DNA of 64,000 nt from the human T2T-CHM13v2.0 reference genome, Homo sapiens, in NCBI RefSeq assembly GCF_009914755.1, contig NC_060925.1; one strand, 5' to 3'. This document shows, piece after piece, positions 37,589-53,908 of the stretch. The notes under the pieces were generated by a model that saw only the letters and a program-made list of their open reading frames with translations, was not told where the DNA came from and searched no databases. The translations under genes and the position numbers were made by a program. Each line of letters starts with the position of its first letter. Within the stretch, counting starts at the first letter, position 1.

Positions 37589-40500
37589 TTCCTGTGGCCG
37601 TAGGTAAGATGGCCAACTGGATGCAGCCAGGTGGAACAGCTGCCACTAAGGGACCGAGATGGCAGGTGCACTTCTAACAGATATTCAGAGGGGAGGCACT
37701 GAGAGTGGATGAAGAGAAGATCCAGAAGCTAGGCTGAAAAGAGAGAAAGGTGGGAGCTCTACACAGGGACACTACACACCAAGATTGGTTCCTGGCCTCC
37801 AGTGACTCCAGGGGAACAGCTGAGTTGAACCGACAGGGAACAACCCACTCTCGCCATGGGCCTCTGGAATCCCGGCAGGGGGAGACCCCCTTAACCACCA
37901 GGGACGCTCCAGTTGGCAGGGAGAGCTGCTTAGGGAAGTGACAGAGGCAGCATGCCAGCTGATGTGGAGCCTAAAGGGTTTGGTAGGGGAGTGTCTGTAA
38001 TGGAGCAGGGCCAGGGATGGCCATCTCCCTAGGCTCAACTTGCTTGCATAGGAGACTTCAGCCCCTGGGGAACTGTTGGACCTGAACTGTGCAGGGCAAT
38101 CTTGCCCTTCAGATGGGGCCAGTCTGACCTGAGCACCCCCTGGTCAGCTGGTCTCTCCTGGGGTGCCAGCCTGGCTGTACCTGCTTGCAGGGCAAACTCG
38201 GGTGACCTTGGGACTCCATCATAGCCTCTGTGCTGGCAGATCACAGCTGACAAGTGGAGAACTCCAGCGGGGCAGCCACCCACAGTCACCTACCAGCCCA
38301 TCTGCTCACTCCACACATTGCAGCTTCCCCTGGGCCCAGAGCAACACTCCATGTCACTTTGCTGGCATGTGTGTTCATGAATGGGTTTTGCTTTCCTCTC
38401 CTCACCAGTACATGTGAGTGTGTGCATCCTGCCCTGCCACTGCTGCAGTGAGAGTATGGTCAGCCCATTATCCCTGGCAATGACCATTGCAGTCACAGAG
38501 CCATGGCAAGCACAGAGCCAGGAAGCCCCACCCCTGCCAGTGCACCGCCCATGCCAGTGTATACCCTTGTGCCAACACTGCCGTGGGAGTGAAACTAGGC
38601 ACTGAAAACAGTGGAAACTCCTGCATCCCAAACAACCACCCCTGCCCATGGCACAGAGAGAAAGCACACAGACCTGCACCAGCCAGCACCCCATCCACAC
38701 ACCAACAACACTACAAGTGTCACCACACACACACAGTCACCAGCAGGGACCCTGTACCCTGCCAAGAAACATTGCCTCCACCACTGTGGTGAATGTCCCC
38801 ACAGAGGCAAGTAGCCTAGCACCTGCAAGAACCCTGCTCCAGCCTAAAAGTATGCACCCTGCCATGCTGCCTCTGCTCCTGGCACATACAAACAAGAATG
38901 GACCCCGCTGCCACCACACTACAAAACACTTTGGCTGACACCACTCATCACAGTGTAGTGACCAGGGATCAGGGAGCACCTCAGCCTCCTAACCTGGGGG
39001 AGCCAAAGAACAAAGTCAAGCCTGATATAGTTCCCCCAGAGTTACAGCATGCAGTCCAGGAGTTGGGAGCTGAGTGTTGGGACCCCAAAATCTTTCACAA
39101 ATGAAGCCAGTCATCTGAATTGACCTTACACCACAATCAAAACCTCAAGGTTATCAAATGAGATTAAAAAAATAAAACCCATCCAAACATCACCAACTTC
39201 AAAGATTGAAGGAATATAAGACACAAAGATAAGAAAGAAGCAACGCAAGAACTCTGAAAACTCAAAATGCCAGAGTGCCTTCTTTCCTCCAAATGACCAC
39301 ACGACCTCTCCAGCCAGGGCTCAGAACTGGGCTGAGATGGCCGAAATGCTAGAAATGGAATTCAAAATATGGATAGGAAGGAAGATCAATAAGATGCAGG
39401 AGTGTTCTGAAACCCAATCCAAGAAAGCTGAGAATCACCATAAACAACGCAGGAGCTGACAGACAAAATAGCCAGTAGAGAAAAGAACATAACTGACCTG
39501 ATAGAGCTAAGAAACACACTAGAAACTATACATTTTGTAGAGTGTTTCTCAGCTCTATCAGGTCGGTTATGTTCTAATGCAATCACGAGTATTAGTAATA
39601 GAGTAGACCAAGCAGAGAAAAGAATCCCAGAGTTTGAAGACTAACTTTTTGAAATAAGACAGTCAGCCAAGAATAGAGAAAAAAGAATTAAAAGAAATGA
39701 ACAAAACCTAAAAAAATGGTATTTTCTAAAGAAACAAAATCTGTGACTCATTGGTGTCCCTGAAAGAGATAAGGAGAGTGTAACCAGCTTGAAAATATAT
39801 TTCAGGATATCATCCATGAGAACTTCCCCAACCTAGCTAGACAGACAGACATAAAATTCAGAAAATGCAAAGAACCCTTGTAAGATACTACAGAAGAACA
39901 TCATCCCCAAGATACATAATCATCAGATTTTTCAAGGTTGAATAAAAGAAAAAGTCTTAAAAGCAGCTAGAAAGAAAGGTCACGTCACCTACATAGGGAA
40001 ACCCAGAAGACTAAGAGCAGACCTCTCTGCAGAAATCACACAAGCCAGAAGAGATTGGGAGCCAGTATTCAACACACTTAAAGAAAGGAAATTGCTACCT
40101 AGAATTTCAATTCTAGCCCAACTAAACTTCAAAAGTGAAGGAGAAATAAGATACTTTTCAGACAAGCAAATGCTGAAGGAACGTGTTACCATAAGACCTA
40201 CCTTACTAGAGCTCCTGAAGGAAGAGCTAAATATAAAAAGGAAAGACTATTATCAGCCACTACAAAAACACACGTCAGTGCACAGAACAGTAACGCTATA
40301 AAGCAACCACATACATAAGTTTGCAAAATAACCAGCTAACTTCATGATGACAGGATCAAATCCACATATTTCATTAGACCATAATCAAGAAGATCTTTGA
40401 AACTAATGAGAATAAAGATACAACATACCAGAATCTCTGGAACACAGCTAAAGCAGTGTTAAGAGGGAAATTTATAGCACAAAATGCTCACATCAAAAAG

Positions 40501-41161
40501 TTAGAAAGGTCTCAATTTAACAACGTGACATCACAACTAAAAGAACTAGAGAATCAAGAGTAAACTAACCCCAAAGCAAGGAGAAAATAAGAAATACCTA
40601 AAATCAGAGCTGAACTGAAGGACACTGGGACATGAAAAATCATTCAAAAGATCAACAAATCCAGGAGGTGGGTTTTTTAAATTAATGAAATAAATAGACT
40701 GCTAACTAGACTAATAAAGAGGAAAAGAGAGAAAATCTAGGTAAACACATTTAGAAATGACAAAGGAGATATTACCACTGACCCCAGAGAAATACAAATA
40801 ACCATAAGAGAATATTATGAACACCTCTATGCACATAAGCTAGAAAATCTAGAAGAAACAAATACGTTGTTGGACACATACAACCTCCCAAGCCTGAGCC
40901 AGAAAGAATTTGAATCCCTGAAAGGACCAGTAATGAGCTCCAATATTGAAACAGTAATAAATAGCCTACCAACAAAAATAAGCCCAGGACAAGACAAATG
41001 CACAGCTGAATTCGACCAGATATACAAACAAGAGCTAGTATCTGCTCTTGTTTTCTGCCAAACAAATATTCCTGCTAAAATTATTCCACAATATTGAGGA
41101 GGATGAACTCCTCCCCAACTCATTCTATGAGGCCAGCATTATCCTGATACCAAAACCTGAC

Positions 41162-41205
<44 letters not shown>

Positions 41206-43579
41206 CATCAGGTCAATATCCTTAATGAACATCAATGCAAAAATTCTCAACAAAATACTGGCAAACCAAATCCAGCAGCACATCAAAAAGCTTACCCACC
41301 ACCATCAGGTTGGCTTTATCCCTGAGATGTAAGATTGGTTCAACAATAAACAAATCAATAAGTGCAATTCATCACATAAACAGAACTAAAGGCAAAAATC
41401 ATATGATTGTCTCAATAGATGCAGAAAAGGCTATCCATAAAATTCAACATACTTTAATGTTAAAAACTCTCTATGAACTAGATACAAAAGAAACTTACCT
41501 CAAAATAATACAAGCCATCTATGAAAAACCCACAACCAATATCATACTGAATGGTGAAAAGCTGGAAGCATTGCCCTTGAATACCAAAACAAGACAATTA
41601 TGCTCTCTTTCACCACTCTTATTCAATATAGTATGGGAAGTCCTGGACACAGCAATCAGGGAAGACAAAGAGAGAAAGGGCATCAAAATAGGAAGACAGA
41701 AAGTCAAACTACTGTGTTTACACACAACATGATTCTGTATCTAAAAAAACCCCCATAGTCTCAAAACAAAAGCTCTTTCAGCTGATAACTTCAGCAATGT
41801 TTCAGGATTCAAAATCAATGCACAAAAATTACTAGCACTCCTATACACCAACAAAAGACAAGCCAAGAGCCAATTAACAAACACAATCCCATTCACAATA
41901 GTGGCAAAAAGAATAAAATACCTAGGAATACAGCTAACCAGGGAGGTGAAAGATCTCTACATGGAAAGCTACAAAACATTGCTGAACAACATCAGAGATA
42001 ACACAAATGTAGGGAGCACACTCCGTGCTCATAAATAGGAAGAATCAATATCATTAAGATGACCATATTGCCCAATTTACAGATTCAATGTGATTCCTAT
42101 CAAACCACCAAAGACATTCTTCACAGAACTAGAAAAAAAACTATCCTAAAATTCATATAGAACCAAAACTGAGCCCAAATAGCCAAGGCAATCCCTAAGC
42201 AAAAAGAAAAAAACTAGAGGCATCACACTACCTGATTTCAAACTATACTACAAGTCTACAGTAACCAAAACAGCATGGCACTGGTACAAAAACAGACACA
42301 CACTGATGCAACAGAATAGGGAAGCCAGAAATAAAGCATCACACCTGTAACTATCTGATCATCTAAAAAGGTGACAAAAACAAACAATGGGGAAAGGACT
42401 CCCTATTCAATAAATGGTGCTGGGATAACTGGCTAGCCATATGCAGAAGATTGAAACTGGATGCCTTCCTTACACCATATACAAAAATCAACTCAAGATG
42501 GATTAAAGACTAAAACGTAGAACCCATAACCATAAAAACTTTGAAAGACAACCTAGGCAATACCATTCTGGACATAGAGACAGGCAAAGATTTCATGAAT
42601 AAGATGCCAAAAGCAATTGCAACAAAAACAAAAATTGGCAAGTAGGATCTAATTAAACTAAAGAGCTTCTACAAAGCAAAGGAAACCGTCAAAAGAGTAA
42701 ACAGACAACCTATAGAATGGGAGAAAATTGTTGCAAACTATGCATATTATAAAGGTGTAATATCTAGCATCTATAAGGAATTTAAAGAAATCCACAAGAA
42801 AAAAAACAGCCCTATTAAAAAGTGGGAAAAGGACAGGAACAGACGCTTTAAAAAGAACACATATGTGTGGTACACAAGCATATTAAAAAAAGCCCAATAT
42901 CACTGATCATTACAGAAATGCAGATCAAAACCACAATGAGAGACAGTCTCACCCCAGTCAGATGGCTATTAAAAGGTCAAAAATAAAGGTGCTAGCAAGG
43001 TTGTATAGAAAAAGGAATGTTTATACACTGCTTGTAGGAATGTAAATTAGATCAACTATTGAAGAAAACAGTGTGGCAATTACTCAAAGAACTAAAAACA
43101 GAACCACCATTTCAACCAGCAATCCCATTACTTGGCATATACCCAAAGGATTATAAACCATTCTATATCATAAAGACACATGCGTGTGTTAAGTTCATTG
43201 CAGCACCATTCATAATAGTGAAGACATGGAATAAAACTAAGTGCCCATCAATGATAGACTAGATAAAGAAGATATGGTACATATACACCATGGAATACAG
43301 GTACATAGGTGGAGCTGGAGGCCATTATCCTTAGCAAACTAATGCAGGAACAGAGATTCAAATACTGCATGTTCTCACTTATAAGTGTGAGTTACATGAT
43401 GAGAAAACATGGACACCTTAAAGAGAACAGCAGACACTGGCACCTACCACAGGGTATGGAGAAGGAGAGGATCAGGAAAAATAACTAATGGGTGCTACGA
43501 TTAAACCCTGCGACATGAGCTTGCTTATATAACAAACCTGCACTTGTGCCCCTGAACTTAAAATAAAAGATAAAAAAAG
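37589..43579 (+). mobile_element. Near full-length old primate L1 (L1PREC2/L1PA13-16-like), internally deleted near 40375
   Basis: Long 5' UTR starting 'aagatggccaactggatgcagccagg', ORF1 remnants (LPRISILAQLNFKSEGEIRYFSDKQML), ORF2/RT remnants ([11 protein letters not shown]; [11 protein letters not shown]), 3' end with A-tail. Confidence 0.88.
41167..41202. repeat. (CA)18 microsatellite inside L1 ORF2
   Basis: Direct; absent from the paralogous L1 at ~55160. Confidence 0.95.
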
Positions 43580-44370
43580 CTACGCTGAAGAGGGTGTAAA
43601 GAAAAAAGAAGCCTTGTGTACTCTTGGTGGGAATGTAAATTAGTACAATTGCTATGCAAAACAGTAAGAAGATTTCTCAAAAAACTAAAAGCAGAACTAC
43701 TATTCAATCCAGCAATCCAGCTGCTGTGTATCTATCCAAAGGAAATCAGTACGCAAAAAGGATGCCTGAACTCCCACGGTTATTGCAGTACTGTTCACAA
43801 CAGAAAAGATGTGTAAGCTAAGTGTCCATTAATGAATGAATGAATAAAGAAAATATGTATATACACACAATGAAATACTAGTCCATTGTAATAAAATGAA
43901 TGAAATCCTGTCATTGGCAGCAACACAGATGGAACTGGAGGTCATTATGTTAAGTAAAATAAATCAAGCAGAGAAAGACAAATATTGCATGTTCTCACTC
44001 ATATGTAGGAGCTACAAATGATGATCTATAAAGGTAGAGAGTAGAATGAGAGATACCAGAGGCAAGGAAGGGTGTTCAGGGGGATGGGGAATGAAGAAAT
44101 ACTGGTTAACGAGTAAAAACATATGGATACATAAAATGAGTAAGTTTTAATATTTGATAGCAGAGGAAGGTGACTACGGTATACAACAATGTACTGTGTT
44201 CTTCAAAATAGCTAGAATTAAAATGTTCCCAATAAAGAACAATGATAAATGCTGCAGGGGATGAATGCCCTAAATTTCCTGATATCCTGACTTGATCATT
44301 ACACATTCTATTCATGTAAAAAATCACATGTATGCAGTAAATGTGTACAAGTATTATGAATCAATACAAA
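43580..44370 (+). mobile_element. L1MA-like 3' end
   Basis: ORF2 C-terminus ([22 protein letters not shown]) and L1MA-type 3' UTR; paralog at 57660-58470. Confidence 0.8.
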
Positions 44371-44897
44371 TAACATTAGAGAGTCTTCTTATTTCCTATG
44401 TTAGTTACACCCAAGCCACTCTCTTGCTGGAACAAATATGGTAGTGGTTGTAGTGGGGAGTGATGATGATGAGGAGGAGGAGGAGGAGGATGGTGATGGT
44501 GAAAACAATGATAATATGTTGCTGCGAATACAACTCTATCAAATGACAGCTAATTACGTGTCAGGCATTGTGCCAACCAAATATCAGATAGTAATCAAAT
44601 TTTATGCCTTAGACTAGTTTGTAATGTAAATGTTATTTTGCTCACTTTGCAGTAAAGAGAAGTTGTCAATTCAGAGAAGTTGAATAATATCCTCCTCAAA
44701 TCAATCAAATGCTAATTAGGGAAAATAAAAGGGGTTTAAAATGATACAGAAATAATCTTTGGTATGACTCCAATTGTGAGATCCTGCTGTGAATCAAAGA
44801 AAGATTGAAATAAATCCAAAAGATTACATACTATTGCTAATAAAGCAGATTTGAAAATAAACAAAAGATCCATTCACAAATATATATGCATAGATAC

Positions 44898-44903
44898 TTT
44901 ATT
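44898..44903 (-). terminator. SPRR2A: SPRR2A poly(A) signal AATAAA
   Basis: TTTATT on +, conserved context. Confidence 0.8.
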
Positions 44904-45279
44904 CAGGGAGTGAAAGATAAGTGACAATTGCAAAGGTGGTAGAAGCTCGTGACCAGGTGACAGACAGACACAGAACACATCAACAGAATTCTCTGATGGT
45001 TCCCAGGGAGAGAGCTGCTGCTCTTTCTTCCGAAGCTCTGGGAGCTGGCACAGCCCAGGACTTCCTTTGCTCAGTCTCCACCTGGACAGTGGCAGTATGG
45101 CAGCCTCAGAAAAGAAACTTTTTGCTGTCAGGGATCATCATGGGCAGATTACTGGCTAAGGAGAAAGAAGCTCCCTGTGTATCCATGGTAGGCTTTGATG
45201 AGAAGATGAAGGTGGAGCTGTGGAACGAGGTGAGCCAAATATCCTTATCCTTTCTTGGTCCTGATGAATTCTGAAGCTG

Positions 45280-45498
45280 TTACTTGCTCTTCGGTGGATA
45301 CTTTGACTGGCAGGGTGGGGAAGGTGTCACAGGAGGATATTTCTGCTGGCACTGCTGAGGTGGGCAGGGCTGTGGACACTTTGGTGGTGGGCAGGGCTCA
45401 GGGCACTTCGGGGGTGGACATGGTTCTGGGCACTTTGGCGTGGGGCACACAGGAGGTGGCTGGCAGGGCTGCTTGCACTGCTGCTGTTGATAAGACAT
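45280..45498 (-). CDS. SPRR2A: Small proline-rich protein 2A, 72 aa
   Basis: ...[18 protein letters not shown]; the QSKY C-terminus is characteristic of SPRR2A; exon 2 starts at 45517. Confidence 0.93.
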   Translation of the reverse strand: MSYQQQQCKQPCQPPPVCPTPKCPEPCPPPKCPEPCPPPKCPQPCPPQQCQQKYPPVTPSPPCQSKYPPKSK

Positions 45499-46233
45499 CC
45501 TGCTGGAGTCTCAGGATCTGAAAGAAATGATACAACAGTGTTCGTGGGAAGGGAATCCTCCAGAGAGAGAAGCCAAAGCTTGTGTAATACCATGGCATAT
45601 TATTTCTCCAATCTCCAAGAAATTATTTAAATTCTTAATTACCTTTTCAAGACTTTCTGGTTTCTCCCTTCCACTTTAACAAATTGCTTCATTGTCCCTA
45701 GGAAATCCTGTGTTTTCTCATACAATTTTTCCAAATAAATTATCTCTGTTATAAAGAATCAAGCATCTTATTTCCCTGAAAATAACCAATTCAAGAAAGG
45801 CAGTCACAAGTTCAGACACCCTGGGCAATCTAATATGCTATTCCTATCATCATTATCTGTTATAAAGTCCAAGTGGGCTGACTTGGGCATAGAGCAAAGG
45901 GCTGCTCAGGGAGAATTGTAGTCTTTCACACCTGCTAAGACACAAACCTTTGTAAAGGACACTAGAAAGACAGAGAATAAAGAAAAATACTTTGTTCTTT
46001 TTTCTTCTTCATATCAAAGGTTACCCCTTAACTTCTCTGTCCATATGGATACCTACCTGTATAACAAAAGAAAGCTAAAATAGCATATAATTGTGCTCTA
46101 ATCTTAAATTTTCATCCACTAAGTAGCATCAAGTCAATTTTCATAGGATTGGATCCACCAAACTTGCCATATTCAGATTAAACTCAACATTTCAGGGCAC
46201 AAAGAACAGAGGAACTCAAGGAAGCCGACTCAC

Positions 46234-46274
46234 CAGGTTCTCCAAGGCAGATCAGTGCTCAGGTACCAGGGGTT
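46234..46274 (-). other. SPRR2A: SPRR2A non-coding exon 1 (TSS approximate)
   Basis: Donor CTG|GTGAGT at 46233; TATAAA at 46300-46305. Confidence 0.8.
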
Positions 46275-46520
46275 TAAGAGTCGTGCAGCAGAGGATCTCT
46301 TTATAGAGCCTGCTACCCCACCCAGCAGGAAGTGAAACTACCCAAAACAATGCTGATCCAGTAATTTCTTAAGCCAGATGCAAATTTATCCATGACTGGC
46401 ATGAGCAGGATACTCAAAATAGGAAATATCCTGTTCTGAAATCTCTCCTCTGGGTTAAGCTCTCCTGACTCACAGAAGCCATGCCTTGGATCTCAGTTTC
46501 AGTGACTTATGGCAAAGAGG
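46275..46520 (-). promoter_or_regulatory. SPRR2A: SPRR2A promoter
   Basis: TATA 46300-46305, CACCC box, Ets/IRF composite GGAAGTGAAACT 46328-46339, octamer 46378-46385, AP-1 TGACTCA 46466-46472; matches the known Ets/ISRE/octamer/AP-1 architecture of SPRR2A. Confidence 0.8.
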
Positions 46521-49500
46521 GACTTGGGGGAATCTCTAACTGATGGTCAAGGGATCTCTTTCTTAATTGGGAACAAAGATATTTTCCTGTCTTACACCTT
46601 CCCTAAATCATAAAACTTCTGCCCTCATTCACTTTACCTGAATGCCTTATTTTTGTACATGAACTCAACTGTACCTCTACTTTCCTCATGCAATTTGCCA
46701 ATGTGCTAGGAGGAAGGGGAGACCTAACAAAGGCCTGAGTTCTAGCTCAAGCCTTTTCTTTGCTCTGTTGTATGACCACAGGCAAGTCACTTCTCCTCCA
46801 CGGAACTGTAAACAGGGAGAATAATACTTACCCCTGAGTTTGCAGGCATTGACCGCATTGTGCCACCTGATGACCCTGTTCGAGCTTGAAATTTTTTCTT
46901 CTACCTCTTTCTTTCTCTCATAAAACCCCAGATTTTACCTGTATTATCTTCCTCTTTAAAACTGTCTTCTCTAATCCATTTGTAGAGGCATTTGTCTCCC
47001 AGGATAGATTCCAAAGTGAGATCGAGTCTCCCTAGCACGTTTTCTACTTGCTGCCCTTAGGGATGTGTACTATAACTTTTTATTTATAAAAATGTACTCT
47101 TGGACACCACCTTAAGGAAGTAGAGAGAATGGAACCAAAGTTGCAAGCATTCACTCAAAATCTATGTATTGAAACTTGCCTATGTTCAATACATTTTACA
47201 TACATTTTTAGTATAATTTGAATATTTTAAATATTACATAATCTCCCAAAACATTCTGTAGTGTCCTGTGAATATCCTATAGAGAACAAGCTGCATAGAC
47301 TCATGTTATCATATGTAAATAATTAGAAGTAGGTTTGCAGAGTGCAGAAGTTCAGAGCACTTAAAGTCTGAAATCTAGAGGAAAATAAAAGCTAAGTGTA
47401 ATCCAATATGTATTCTTGCTCTCTATTTCCAAACAGGTTTTAGGTGTTTGAAAGACAGTGTTTTAAAATTTGTTTGTATGTTCTTCCTTTGTTTTTTCCG
47501 TAGACCCTCTAGTCCCACAGTCTGCTGGATTATCAACTCACACCCCAATGTACACCTCTCATCTGTCCATTTTGGTACATATTGTTCACTTAACACATAT
47601 GTTGTCAATGCATTTAGTGATTGTTCTTTCACATCTTTTTTAAGCTCTTTTACAATCATAAGGTTTTCTAAATATTGTATATTAAGCATTTAAAGTGATA
47701 TTGCTAGAGCTTCCTTATCTGGACCATTAATCAGGAAGCTTTCCAAGAATGTGGTTTTGTAAGTAGATAAGAAGAAAGGGGAATGAGGAAGAGGAAAGAC
47801 AAAATCATCAGAGCAGTCACCAGCTATGCTCCAGGAAGAACATGTGTTGAATGAACCCAGCATCACATCCCTCAGTTAAGCAGGTTAGGTACCCAGAACT
47901 GCTATTTCTCCTGTCAGTAAGGAAGGGCTTTTGGCTAAGATCATCACTGGCCAGGACACTACAGAAATAGAGCCAACATATCAGAACCTTGAGGCCAGGT
48001 GTTTACAAATGGTGTTCTCACCAAGTGTTTCCTATAGACTATTACACATGTCAAGCACTTCACTGGGCAAAGTAAAGGGCCTTTACTCAATAGGTCCCCT
48101 ACTACTCCCCAACAGCCTCACATCACATCTAAAACACAAATCCTTAAAGAAATATCTGATTTGTGCCATGCAAAATTGAAGAATTTGCTGCCAGATGAGA
48201 TCACTGTGTGAGATAACACAGTCTGAGTCACACCCTGCGACACCCCTTCTGAGAACACCGCATTCAAACAGGAGGCTTATCACACCAGTGCAGGCACTAG
48301 AATGGCAGCAGCCCTAGTGCCCCCCGCATCTCAGACAGGCTCACTTTACAAGTTGAGGTGGTGAACTTGAAACTCAGAGTTCCACACAGAGCAGCCACAT
48401 GAGGAACGGCCACAATAAGAAGAGGGGCAGCTAACAGTCACAGCTTCCCCAAGTTAGGACATCCAGGCCTTGATACATGGAGCGAGGCATACTTCACACA
48501 TGCACACACACACACACATACACACGCACTCCATGGGTCTTTATTTATCTATCATCTATCTTCATGTCTAAAGAGCTTAGCTTTATGTTTCTTAACAGTC
48601 TGATAGCCTTAGATTCATTCCTATTATTTCTACTTCCTAATTTTGTAAGGGATCATTAAGTACGAATTATTAGTTCATAAAAATGACAGGAAAGAACAAA
48701 AACTTTTATTTGGTGTAATATTTGATTCAACATTTTATCTCACATTTTACTATGATACATTCTGCTATACAAAATAGTGCTGGCAAGTGAAGATTTAAAA
48801 TAAAATATGAAAAAACAAAGAAACAGGAATTGTTGCAAAATATTCTTGATATGTTAAGAGAAATGGTAACTACCAGTCCCCATGCATATCTGCCTTCTGC
48901 TTTTATTTCTGAATAGCAGGCTTAGTCTCCATTGTCCTTCCATAATTCGATGAATTAGATAAACATATGGTAGAATTCTGAAAGTAATTAAGAAGAATGT
49001 TTTGGGAGATTATGTAATATTATTTAAAATATTCAAATTATACTAAAAAATGTATGTAAAGCATGATAACATTTTCATTAAAAGATGGGAAACATAAAAC
49101 AACATACTAAATGTGATTATATATGGCTGGTATAATTACAGATGATGTTTATGTTCTTATTTAACTTTTCAAAGTATGCTTCAAATGTTACCTATTATTG
49201 AGTAAGGAATCTTAAAATTCTACTTTGAAAAGCTAACAAGAGACAAGCCTGTCCATTGCTCAGTTAGTGAGATAGTGGGTTTTTTGGGTTTTTTTTAAGC
49301 ATTATTGGCTAGACACTAAAGGTGGGGCAGGATGTAAGTAGCAGTAGTTTTATTGTAATAGCTCTACATTTGATCACATCCCTTCTAAAATCTCTCTCGA
49401 AGAAAACTCCAATAATAATCCCCCTTCCTCAGAGTATTGACATATACACACAGATGTTTACAAATGGTGTTCTCTCCAAATGTGAGAATCGTAGTAACCA

Positions 49501-50834
49501 CAGACACCCAATAGCTGTATGTGTCTGTGAAATCATTCACCAAAATTGGGAGATCGTTCTAGGGTAACAAAATCAGGAATGAGTTTGTCTACTATCCAAG
49601 AGCCAGGTGGATAGAAAGCATAAATTGGCCATAATATGATGAAATTGGAAGAGATGGATGATTAGCAGGACAGGTAGTAAGGATAGTAGAACATGGTGAT
49701 AATAATAGTAACTACCACTAAATTGTCATGAGAAAACAATTAAATCAGAGACTGCATATAAATACTTAGCACAGGCTACAGATAGTGCTCAAAATGCTAA
49801 AGTAACACATTGTTAATGAAAGAAATAGAGACAAAATATCAATTTCAAGTTGTTTATGGTTAAGAAAGATACTTGCTTTCTCTTTAAGATCTTTTATATT
49901 ATCCTTATTTTAACTGTGTGCCAGAAGTTTTTAGGACAAAGCAAATGCAAATATATTATTTGAATGAAGTGGGCAGAAATAATAAGATGGGCTGATCCTG
50001 ACGTTTATTCTTATGTGATAAAAATGAGAGTTAATCTAAGCAGAAATTTAGATCAGTTCCTAGTTGTTCATACTCTCTAAGACTTTCCTCTGAATTCAGT
50101 TAATACAAGAAAATAAATCTAAATACAGTAAATAGCAATATGTGGATGTGTTCATTTGTAAAATATTAACATACATAGATATTTAGCATTCCATGTGAAA
50201 ATATATATAATGTTACCTCCAATTTAGTTTACTGTTATGTGGTTAGCTGTTTAGGACATTAATAAAAAACACTCATTCAAATATCACATTTCTTCTGGTG
50301 GCAAATTACCTAAATTTTAGGCTAAATCCTTATAAGAAACTGAATAGCTCATTAGCACTAACCTTCCCAAAGTGAATAGACCTTATAGATTCTACTGTTA
50401 TTTTCTCTATATGTTAGATCAGAATATTTAAGAGCATAATTTCAAGAGCTATTAGTAATGTAAAGTACTCCTGTTGCTTAATGTTAATGAGATTAAGAAG
50501 GACATATGGTAAATGATAGAATGAATCAGACACTTCTCCTCATAAGAATCTTTTCAAGATAGTGAATGTGCATAGGCTGTGGTTTCCTTCCAAAAAAAGT
50601 CAAAAAGGAAAATAAGGAAACACGAACAAAATTGTGAAAAATTTTGAAGAGGAAAAAAACTGTTTGAAATCTAATATGGGGAGAGCTGAAATTCTACTGT
50701 AAGTTAGAAATATATGAAATAAAACATAAACATTATTAGAACAATCAAAACTAACAGTCTTACAGAGATAAACACAATTTTACAATAAGATCCAGCAAAT
50801 TTTGATCTAGTACATTTCAAAATATTTCAACAAA

Positions 50835-53905
<3,071 letters not shown>

Positions 53906-53908
53906 AAT

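Noticed and set aside
37674-39104. Dense cluster of ORFs in a GC-richer stretch
   Set aside because: This is the 5' UTR of the old L1; overlapping ORFs on both strands with no coherent protein
44455-44505. (GAT)n/(GAG)n tract, paralog at 58558-58583
   Set aside because: Short simple repeats downstream of the poly(A) sites; no ORF or splice context
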